Positions 56,207-64,000 of a DNA stretch of 64,000 nt are shown here, in pieces. Within the stretch, counting starts at the first letter, position 1. Every line of letters starts with the position of its first letter. This DNA comes from a virus. The stretch spans positions 32,401 to 96,400 of the IMG/VR virus record IMGVR_UViG_3300035661_000025; one strand, 5' to 3'. A program made the translations under genes and the position numbers. The notes under the pieces are model-generated. The model did no database searches. It was not told the DNA's origin and was given only the letters and a program-made list of their open reading frames with translations.

Positions 56207-57414
56207 TGAAAGCGAGCCCATTATCTGAATTATTCATAAAAGAATGTGAATTCTTTTTTAAAAACAAAGCTGGTGAAAAATATTTTGTAGAACCAAGTTG
56301 GATAGATATGTTTGTTATTCATTGGGATCTTTTAAAGATGAATGGACTTGTGGGTAGCACATTATCTTTTCAGGATTATCTATCATTTCATGAAACAATG
56401 CCTATAGAACCTGGAGTTACTTTTGAAGTTAATTTAGTAGATACACAAAAAAATAAATTTAAATATATTTTCATAGTCACTGATTTTAATGTAGAAACTG
56501 TAAAAAGAGATAGAAAACGCATTACCGCAGCTATGATGGATCCATACTCTTATAAGATGTCTCAGATATTTGATAGCAAGGGTTATTCATTAAAAAGAAC
56601 TGATGAAATATGGAATGCGATAAAAACAGACCCGGATTATAAATTAGATAAGCCAGTCAATGGACATCATGAGTTTATAAATTCTACTAAAGATTGGGAG
56701 ATACCTACAGATTTTTGTAAGACTTATAGTTATATATTAAATGGGAAAAAATCATTATTCAGAAATTTAAAAGATAAATATTATGAAGAAGGTTTGCTTT
56801 GTTTCACTGATAGAAAAAATAGACAATTAACATTTTTAAAAGAAATCTTTAAAGATAAAGAACCTAGACCAGATATATATCATGTAGTAGCTCCAAATGA
56901 TAATTATTATTATAAAATTGATGAGGTACATAAGTTACCGCCAGAGATAATAGATCTACAAGATGACACTTTGAAAAAAGAATGGTTTTCACAATTTTAT
57001 GCATTTCCCCAAAGAGTGGATATAGATCTTCCAGAATATGAAAAAAATTTTGGATACAAAAAGAAAATTAATAAACCGTATGATTATCATGCTAAAATTG
57101 GTGAAAACGATACTAGGTTAAATGATGTATCTCCTGAAGGTAGAATAATTCACACATATTTATCTAAAGTTGTACAACGGCATAAAATTAAAATTATGAT
57201 TTATGGTGACTTTACTTTGGAAATAGGTACTTTATTGGAAACTTGTGTTTATTCAACGGGTGGAAGAACTGATGAAGTTGATGAAGAAATGTCTGGAGTG
57301 TGGTTGGTAATTGGAATACAAGATGTGATTCAACCTCCTTCTTTTTATCAAATAGTTACTTTAGCTAGACCTAGAATAATGAAAACAGATACTGCGCCTG
57401 TAAAACCTAAATAA
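56206..57414 (+). CDS. baseplate hub gp27-like
   Basis: Position before gp5; GDF.L.IG, MSG.WLV..I.D C-terminus. Confidence 0.6.
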   Translation: MKASPLSELFIKECEFFFKNKAGEKYFVEPSWIDMFVIHWDLLKMNGLVGSTLSFQDYLSFHETMPIEPGVTFEVNLVDTQKNKFKYIFIVTDFNVETVKRDRKRITAAMMDPYSYKMSQIFDSKGYSLKRTDEIWNAIKTDPDYKLDKPVNGHHEFINSTKDWEIPTDFCKTYSYILNGKKSLFRNLKDKYYEEGLLCFTDRKNRQLTFLKEIFKDKEPRPDIYHVVAPNDNYYYKIDEVHKLPPEIIDLQDDTLKKEWFSQFYAFPQRVDIDLPEYEKNFGYKKKINKPYDYHAKIGENDTRLNDVSPEGRIIHTYLSKVVQRHKIKIMIYGDFTLEIGTLLETCVYSTGGRTDEVDEEMSGVWLVIGIQDVIQPPSFYQIVTLARPRIMKTDTAPVKPK

Positions 57415-57435
57415 ATATTAAAAAAGGAGTATATA

Positions 57436-58413
57436 ATGGATGACTTTCAAAGATTAAAAGATACTGTCAATCCTAATTATATATTTTACAGAGCATTAGT
57501 AGAAGATAATAAAGATCCTGAATTATTGAATAGATGTAAGATTAGAATAGTAAGCATTCACACTGAAGATAAGAAAAAATTACCTACAGAGGCTCTCCCA
57601 TGGGCTGAATTAGCATTTCCTACAACTAGGGGAGACCAAAGCATTCCTTTACCTGGAGATTGGGTCTGGTGTTTCTTTGATAGAGATGATGAAAATCGTC
57701 CCATAATTTTTGCAAGAATTCCGTTTTTAAACCAAGGAAAACCAGATTTATCTAAAGGTTTTAGTGACCCATCAGGTGTATATCCTAAAGAACAAGATTA
57801 TAATCAATTAAGCACTCATAGATGTTCTAGAGTTCAAGAGTTAGATAAAACACCGCATAAGATAATAAATGATTCTTTAACTGAATGTGATGAATCTGGA
57901 GCAGCTTGTGGAACAAGCGTTTCCTTTTATTTTAAAGAGAAACCTTCAAAAAATGATGCATCAAAATATCCAGATGTTGCCGTTCAGGAAACTTCAGCTG
58001 GTCATGTTTTTGAAATAGATGATACTGCAGGAAATAATAGAATACGTGTTTTTCATTCATCTCACACATATTATGAGATAGAAAATACGGGAACTTTAAC
58101 GTTAAAAACTGTAAAAAACTTTGAAAGATTCGTAGAAGCTGATGATTATGAAAATATTAAAGGCAATAAATTAAAAAGAGTTGTGGGTAATGAAAAAACT
58201 GGTATTGATGGAAATCGTGAAACCTTAGTAAAAGGTAATGTGGAACAAGCTATTGTTGGTAATCAAACCGAAGGAATTTCTGGTAACGTTACTAGAAAAG
58301 TTTGTGGAAAAGAAGATGTTAATATTTCAGGCGGATTTAATATGAACGCTAACCCAAAAGCAAAAATTCATGCAAGTGCTGTTTTTATAGACAGCTATGT
58401 CTATTTAGGATAA
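57436..58413 (+). CDS. gp5: baseplate central spike gp5-like (no lysozyme domain)
   Basis: VEDNKDP..L.R.KIR, LPWA, GDWVW.FF, ETSAGH..EIDDT, V.GN beta-helix repeats. Confidence 0.9.
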   Translation: MDDFQRLKDTVNPNYIFYRALVEDNKDPELLNRCKIRIVSIHTEDKKKLPTEALPWAELAFPTTRGDQSIPLPGDWVWCFFDRDDENRPIIFARIPFLNQGKPDLSKGFSDPSGVYPKEQDYNQLSTHRCSRVQELDKTPHKIINDSLTECDESGAACGTSVSFYFKEKPSKNDASKYPDVAVQETSAGHVFEIDDTAGNNRIRVFHSSHTYYEIENTGTLTLKTVKNFERFVEADDYENIKGNKLKRVVGNEKTGIDGNRETLVKGNVEQAIVGNQTEGISGNVTRKVCGKEDVNISGGFNMNANPKAKIHASAVFIDSYVYLG

Positions 58414-58422
58414 AGGAACACA

Positions 58423-61400
58423 ATGGCTACAGCTAAAATGATAACTACCATAACTGAAAAGATCTCTACTTCTGGTCCGGGAACTCCTCAGTTAGATGCA
58501 CTTAATGGTATATTAAGAACAGCAAAAACTAGTTGTATAAGTCAAACTGGATTTTTAACTGAGGCACTTAGTCAGTATAATCAAATAAGAAGCTTATTAA
58601 ATTCAGCATCTTGTACCGTACATTGGAGTACTTTTGATTTTGCAGGAAGAATAGCTATGGGTGACTTCATGGATGATTCCATGACAGAATTACTTGGAAC
58701 TAATCCTTCAGCAGCGTTAACAAAAGCAAACAATTTAATAAATTCTGCATGTTCTATGATAAATGGTCTTATGAATTTTGTAAACATGATGAAAAATTTC
58801 ATGCTTCAGATATATTCACTTTTAGACTTTCTTAAAGGAATAGGAGATTTTGATATTGATTGTAATTTTGGCGATCTAGTTACATTATTATCTCAAACAC
58901 CTAATTTTTCACCTTCAACATCGTTTCCGTCTTATATGGAAGGTCATTTAAGAAAAACCGAAAGAATAATCGGAAAAATGTACGGAAATAAATCTAATGG
59001 CACTAGAAATATAAAAGCTTTAAATGAAGTTCAATTGACTAGATATCCGACAGAAAATATATCTTTAGCAGATATTTTGAAGTATAGTAAAGTGAATATT
59101 GATAGTGCGGAATATGACCCAGATTTTGGTTATATGTATGACGCTGGTGTTAGATATGACCAAGAATTGGTAGATATGCAATCTAGACTAGTAAATGCTT
59201 TAGTTGCTGAAGCTGGAGATATTGGAACTTCAGAATTACAAACTCAAGGTTTTTGTTCTATTTCAGGAAATGATACTAAAGAAGCGTGTTTAGCTGCTGG
59301 TGGTATTTGGACATTAAATGATGATATATCAAAAACAGTAAAAAAAGTTCCTAGAACATGGTATGTAGAATCTGATATAGATTTTATGAATTTAGATATT
59401 CTAGCTGGTGATAATGTAGAAGATAAAAGAAATGGAACATTATATATAAAAACACATGAAATAATTCCAGAATTGTTTTCTGATGTAATGATTCAAGGTT
59501 GGGCAAATCATGTAGCCCCATTCAATTTCATTTTAGATAATAAAAGCAAAAAGGGTGATAATTCATTCATAACTCTTCAAGATATTCCAAATCTAGAAAA
59601 AATATTGATTAGAGCTAAAACTGACTATGATAATTCAATTTATAAAAAGACTATAACAATAGCTAAATATACTGATTCATTATCTAGATTAGCTGAGACG
59701 GGAGAAACCCCATCAGTAATACAAGATTATTTAACTTTTATGAATTCATATGACTTAAGAACTGTAAATTTATACACATTATATGAGATTTTGGATAATA
59801 ATCCAAACAAAATTGGTAGATTAAAATGGATTATTGAAGCTGGTAAAGACGCTATTGCTAATAAAACAAATAGCTTCACTAAAAATGATGGTATAAATGG
59901 GAATATAACTCTTACTTTTCCATTATCATCATATGATTATGAAAATATAAAGAACAATGACATAAACAATAGCAATGAATTTATAAGCACAGATATTTCA
60001 AAAATTAATTCATTTAATTATCATATAAAACAATTTTATGATGAATTCAAAAACTTTGATGAATTTATTACTAACTTAACCGAAAAGATTACGGAAATGG
60101 ATTCAAAATATAATGATTTCATTATAAAAAATTCATTATCAGATGCTTTATATTACGGAACCAAAAAATCTTATGATTACCCAGGTAAAAATATAATTAG
60201 AATAGGGGACGGCAAAGTTTATTTAGCTTTTTCTAATCCACACATTCAAATAACAAACGAAGTTTCCGAAAATCCTTCTTTGAATTTATTTCATGGCGAT
60301 GTTTGGCAAGATAGTACTACACATAAAGTTTACATGTATTTGAGATTACTGGGTAGCACTTCATCTACATTCACTTATGAATGGAAAGAGATTGGAAGTA
60401 CTGTTCAAATTTTTAGGGATTTAAATGAAGATCCCATAAATGTAACTTTAACATTAGATGCTTCGGTTTTTTCTAATATTGATAACAAAACAAATACATA
60501 CTCATCTAATGATGGAATAGACCCAGCTGCTACTTGGAATGAGTATCAATCATGGACTAATATTGGAGATATTTGGTTAGATTCTAGTGATTCTGCTTTA
60601 GGTATTAGACAAAAAGTATATTCATATAATGGAACTAATTTCGTTTGGACTCCTTTGTTATCAAATAACCCTCCTATTATTGCTCCAGTAGTAATAAATA
60701 CAGCTGAAGATACTGCAATTACTGGAAATATGTTGAATGGTGTTTTTGATATTGATGGTGATAGTTTCTATCTAGATAGCATCAAAATAAATGGAACAGA
60801 AATTTCTACGAACCCTAATTTAGCTAGTGTTGATGTTCATATATCTGGATTTGGTTTGTTAAAATTGATTGGAAATAAAGGTGATTATTATTTTTATCCA
60901 GATCAAAATGTAAATGGTTCATTTAGTTTCAGTTATAAAGTAATTGATTCTAAAGGAGCATCTAGCGTTTCGTTATGGACTATATATATCACTCCCGTCA
61001 ATGATAGACCTGTTATATCAGGGCCAATCAATGTGGTTTATAGCGCAGATGTGTTGACTACTCAATCTATAAATTTATTGCAAAATGCTTCAGATCCAGA
61101 AAATGATGAATTGTTTGTATCAGATATAGAATGTTTGACTGATAATGATAAAGCTGGTCAGTCTGGTATTGAAAAATATTTTACAACATCTAATATATTG
61201 AATGTGCTGCCATCATATTATAAAGATATATTAAAAAGATCTGAAACAGAAATTATAAATTATACTTATTCAATAACAGATGGTTATTCACCTAAAGCGT
61301 TCACTGGATTGACTATTTCAATAACTGGTATCAATCACGCTCCAGTTTTAAATGAGGTTATTAAAAATTATAATTTCTTTGCAGATGTTAATTCCACTGA

Positions 61401-61956
61401 TATTTTATTATCAGATTTAGCTACAGATTTTGATGGAGATATTTTAAATATTTCAGATTACGTGAAATTTACAGATCCGAAAAATTCATTATCTGCAAAC
61501 GTTACAAAGTTTGTGATAAATCCATCCAAATATTATAATGTTTTGAAAAGAGGTGAAGTTCAAAATATATCAGCTAATTATAAAGCTAATGATTTGAATG
61601 GTGGGTTTTCAGATTTAGGAACATTGAATTTTAAAATAACTGGAGTTAATCACGCCCCAGAAATAACACAAGATTATGGGGTTAGTTTTATAAAAACTGA
61701 TGCATCTTCCAATATAGATATGCTAAAATATGCTATTGATTTTGACGATGATGTATTACTTGTAGAACCAAATAGTATCTCAATAACTGGAGACGATGCT
61801 GGGATAGCTATTAATAATAACATAATTACAGTAACACCATCTTCGTATTCGACAATAACAAATCCTGAGATCATAACAATATTTTTCAAAGTTAAAGATG
61901 AAATGAATGTAGAATCTAATCTAGGAAAAATTATTATAACTATAAATCCTCAATAA
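58423..61956 (+). CDS. large virion protein with C-terminal cadherin/Ig-like repeats
   Basis: NNPP..TAEDT, VNDRP, INHAP, VNHAP with D.D/EGD.L; GD.W.D repeats. Confidence 0.75.
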   Translation: MATAKMITTITEKISTSGPGTPQLDALNGILRTAKTSCISQTGFLTEALSQYNQIRSLLNSASCTVHWSTFDFAGRIAMGDFMDDSMTELLGTNPSAALTKANNLINSACSMINGLMNFVNMMKNFMLQIYSLLDFLKGIGDFDIDCNFGDLVTLLSQTPNFSPSTSFPSYMEGHLRKTERIIGKMYGNKSNGTRNIKALNEVQLTRYPTENISLADILKYSKVNIDSAEYDPDFGYMYDAGVRYDQELVDMQSRLVNALVAEAGDIGTSELQTQGFCSISGNDTKEACLAAGGIWTLNDDISKTVKKVPRTWYVESDIDFMNLDILAGDNVEDKRNGTLYIKTHEIIPELFSDVMIQGWANHVAPFNFILDNKSKKGDNSFITLQDIPNLEKILIRAKTDYDNSIYKKTITIAKYTDSLSRLAETGETPSVIQDYLTFMNSYDLRTVNLYTLYEILDNNPNKIGRLKWIIEAGKDAIANKTNSFTKNDGINGNITLTFPLSSYDYENIKNNDINNSNEFISTDISKINSFNYHIKQFYDEFKNFDEFITNLTEKITEMDSKYNDFIIKNSLSDALYYGTKKSYDYPGKNIIRIGDGKVYLAFSNPHIQITNEVSENPSLNLFHGDVWQDSTTHKVYMYLRLLGSTSSTFTYEWKEIGSTVQIFRDLNEDPINVTLTLDASVFSNIDNKTNTYSSNDGIDPAATWNEYQSWTNIGDIWLDSSDSALGIRQKVYSYNGTNFVWTPLLSNNPPIIAPVVINTAEDTAITGNMLNGVFDIDGDSFYLDSIKINGTEISTNPNLASVDVHISGFGLLKLIGNKGDYYFYPDQNVNGSFSFSYKVIDSKGASSVSLWTIYITPVNDRPVISGPINVVYSADVLTTQSINLLQNASDPENDELFVSDIECLTDNDKAGQSGIEKYFTTSNILNVLPSYYKDILKRSETEIINYTYSITDGYSPKAFTGLTISITGINHAPVLNEVIKNYNFFADVNSTDILLSDLATDFDGDILNISDYVKFTDPKNSLSANVTKFVINPSKYYNVLKRGEVQNISANYKANDLNGGFSDLGTLNFKITGVNHAPEITQDYGVSFIKTDASSNIDMLKYAIDFDDDVLLVEPNSISITGDDAGIAINNNIITVTPSSYSTITNPEIITIFFKVKDEMNVESNLGKIIITINPQ

Positions 61957-61977
61957 ATATTTTAAAAGGATAACATT

Positions 61978-62256
61978 ATGCCACCAGTATCTAGACAGGG
62001 TGATACTTGTAATCATCCTTGTTGGTCATCTCATGTAATTCAAATGGGGTCCAACAATGTTTTTACTAATAACATTCCTACAGCTAGGCTTCAAGATCCG
62101 GTAACTACTCATTGTTGTGTTACTTGTCATTCTGGAACATTTTGTAAAGGATCTAACAAAGTGTTTGTTAATGGAAAACCATGTATTAGAATAGGGGATT
62201 CTGTGGATTGTGGATCTATGTCTGCTATGGGGTCATCTAATGTATTTGCTAACTAA
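61978..62256 (+). CDS. PAAR spike-tip protein (gp5.4-like)
   Basis: PVSR.GD...H, PTARL.D, PCIRIGD..CG...GS.NVF. Confidence 0.9.
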   Translation: MPPVSRQGDTCNHPCWSSHVIQMGSNNVFTNNIPTARLQDPVTTHCCVTCHSGTFCKGSNKVFVNGKPCIRIGDSVDCGSMSAMGSSNVFAN

Positions 62257-62265
62257 AGGACTATA

Positions 62266-62514
62266 ATGAATGAAGAATTTTCTTTAAAAGCGACATCTCT
62301 ACCTGATTTACCTAAAGGAAATCTTAGTATTTTATCTTTAGAGGAGAAGATAGATAAAGTATTATCTATATTTGAATCTATAGATGAAGTTGATGGTTAT
62401 ACCGTGGTTAAGTTTAAATCTAAAATAATTTTAGGTTCTGATAAAGAATTAGGGTTAGTTTCTGGAACTAATGTGGTTATAAAAACTATTGATGGCGGAA
62501 TCTTTCTTAATTGA
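62266..62514 (+). CDS. hypothetical protein
   Basis: AAGGA RBS in baseplate operon. Confidence 0.65.
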   Translation: MNEEFSLKATSLPDLPKGNLSILSLEEKIDKVLSIFESIDEVDGYTVVKFKSKIILGSDKELGLVSGTNVVIKTIDGGIFLN

Positions 62515-62542
62515 ATAAATAATTAAAAAGATGGAGTTGTTA

Positions 62543-62905
62543 ATGAAATATTCTGATATATCTCCGGATTTCGTGACTCATTCTATAATTGACAAAGATA
62601 GTATAAGAAATTCTATAAAAAATCTAATATTGATAAAGAAAAATACTTTGATGGGTAATGTCTTGTTAGGTTCTAGAGTTACTGGCTATTTGTTCAAAAA
62701 TATGAATCTAGCAGATCAAATAAATTTAGAATTGGAAATAAAAACAGTTTTAAAAAATCACGAACCGAGAATAAAAGTAGATTCAGTGTCCATAATATTA
62801 ACAGATAATAATGAATTATTTTGTAATATTTTTTATACAATTTTAGAAAGTTTTGAAGAAACCCAAGATTCCGTTAGAATCTTGTTAGAAAAAGGAGTTT
62901 ATTAA
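62543..62905 (+). CDS. gp25: baseplate wedge gp25-like
   Basis: YSDI, SI.NSIKNL, LGS, EPRI.V. Confidence 0.88.
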   Translation: MKYSDISPDFVTHSIIDKDSIRNSIKNLILIKKNTLMGNVLLGSRVTGYLFKNMNLADQINLELEIKTVLKNHEPRIKVDSVSIILTDNNELFCNIFYTILESFEETQDSVRILLEKGVY

Positions 62906-64000
62906 TGTTAGAAGTAGTTCCATTCAATTTTGAAGAAATAAAAGAATCTTTAAAAAATAAAATGAAAGAGTCTGATGTATTTAAAGATGTTGATTATGAA
63001 GGTTCTAACATTTCTGTGTTGATAACATTATTAGCTTCAGCAGCTCAAATTGTTAATGCAAATACATCTTTTGGTATTAATGAGATGTTGCTTACAGATG
63101 CTGTAGATCGCACAAATATTCTCAAAGTGGCTAGAAATTTAGGTTATGAGGCGTTAAGAAGAAAATCTGCAGAATTTGAAATAACATTAGTTCCTAAACT
63201 AAATATCAATGATTGGCCAGCCAATGAAATTACCTTTAGAATTTCTAAATACACTCGTTTCAAAGCTTCTAATAATCTTTACTGTTATTACATGGGTGAA
63301 GATTTTGAAAGAACTATAACTAAACAAGATATTTTAAATTACAACGAAAATTCAAGAATAAAATTGAAAGTCAAAGAAGGTATTTTAATTAAAAATACTG
63401 ATAGAGATGATTTTAATTATGTAATTAATACCTTTGTAGATTATAATGGAGAAATAAAAGTAGAATCATCGGTATTGATCTATGAAGAAAATATCGAAGA
63501 AGATGGAATCGAAGTTTTTGTAACCTCTCCAGATGACATAAATGTATATTTTCAGGAAGAAATTCCTACAATGGTTCCTAAAAACTCATTGTGGGTGAGA
63601 ACAGCTAATTCAAATGGCTTAATTAAAGATATCGCTCAAGAAACTAACATTTATATAGCAAAAGCTGAAGGTTCATCTAACCTTATGAAAGGTGAATGGG
63701 AATTTTTAAGTTCTTGGAGAAATTCAACAAATAGTGTAATTAAAAACTATAAAAATAATCCACTGTTAGATATTCAATCCGTAGATCCTATGAAATCTAG
63801 ACCATTCACTAAACGTACATATTTTGTAGTTGATGATGAAGTTGATAACAATAAAGATAGTTTTTTACCTTTGTTAGATTTTGACACTAATTTTTTAAGA
63901 TTATATTTTAGTTATGGAAGAACTGGAAAAAATTTATATCCAGGATCTAAAGTTAGCGTTAATGTATTAAAATCATCTGGATCTTTAGGCAATGACATTA
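62905..64000 (+). CDS. gp6: baseplate wedge gp6-like, 3' truncated by window edge (not in ORF track)
   Basis: FEEIKESLK, F.DVDYEGSN.SVL..LLA, NEM.L..A..R, A..LGY. Confidence 0.9.
   Translation, partial: MLEVVPFNFEEIKESLKNKMKESDVFKDVDYEGSNISVLITLLASAAQIVNANTSFGINEMLLTDAVDRTNILKVARNLGYEALRRKSAEFEITLVPKLNINDWPANEITFRISKYTRFKASNNLYCYYMGEDFERTITKQDILNYNENSRIKLKVKEGILIKNTDRDDFNYVINTFVDYNGEIKVESSVLIYEENIEEDGIEVFVTSPDDINVYFQEEIPTMVPKNSLWVRTANSNGLIKDIAQETNIYIAKAEGSSNLMKGEWEFLSSWRNSTNSVIKNYKNNPLLDIQSVDPMKSRPFTKRTYFVVDDEVDNNKDSFLPLLDFDTNFLRLYFSYGRTGKNLYPGSKVSVNVLKSSGSLGNDI

Noticed and set aside
3713-61889. Many short antisense or alternate-frame ORFs in the track (e.g. 3713-3958, 5894-6121, 7644-7886, 10842-11108, 27738-27983, 52150-52533)
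   Set aside because: Shadow ORFs overlapping well-supported genes, with no RBS or motifs
1-64000. tRNA/rRNA genes
   Set aside because: No GC-rich cloverleaf with T-loop GTTCRA and acceptor stem noticed in the intergenic gaps; tRNAscan-SE would confirm

Overview
Very AT-rich, gene-dense 64-kb segment of a large T4-like (contractile-tail) dsDNA phage. The promoter grammar (TTAAG-N7/8-TGWTATAAT, AAGGA RBS) points to a Campylobacterota (epsilonproteobacterial) host; this is inference. The left ~35 kb is mostly + strand early/accessory genes: primase end, N-formylglutamate amidohydrolase, CCA-type nucleotidyltransferase, secreted thermonuclease, Rnl2 RNA ligase, two MazG-like fusions, HD-CoaD fusion, Cas4-like nuclease, UL9-like helicase, EndoVII, PTP phosphatase, NAD kinase, VWA-metallopeptidase, metallophosphoesterase, Thg1, PhoH, DNA ligase and GroES. 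Late head/neck genes (gp13, gp4, gp23/24-like, gp2) are interleaved under TATAAATA promoters. The right ~29 kb holds fibre genes, a four-gene YD-repeat-like operon, Dda helicase and a T4-type tail/baseplate module (gp16, 15, 19, 54, 26/51, 29, 48, 53, 27, 5, PAAR, 25, 6). Most notable: (1) a phage operon of membrane-anchored lytic transglycosylase + bactofilin behind a structured 5' leader; (2) that operon sits in a four-gene insert splitting a MoxR-type AAA+ ATPase into two separately expressed halves; (3) a probable -1 frameshift tail-chaperone pair before the tape-measure gene; (4) a family of late proteins with capsid-targeting-like leaders, including an ART-like and a GNAT-like protein; (5) three fibres sharing one N-terminal docking module, next to YD-repeat proteins; (6) orphan tail-sheath N-arm and C-terminal-domain mimics; (7) a dispersed tRNA/RNA end-repair kit. 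No tRNA, rRNA or CRISPR array was recognised. All family calls are by-eye motif recognition, not database searches.
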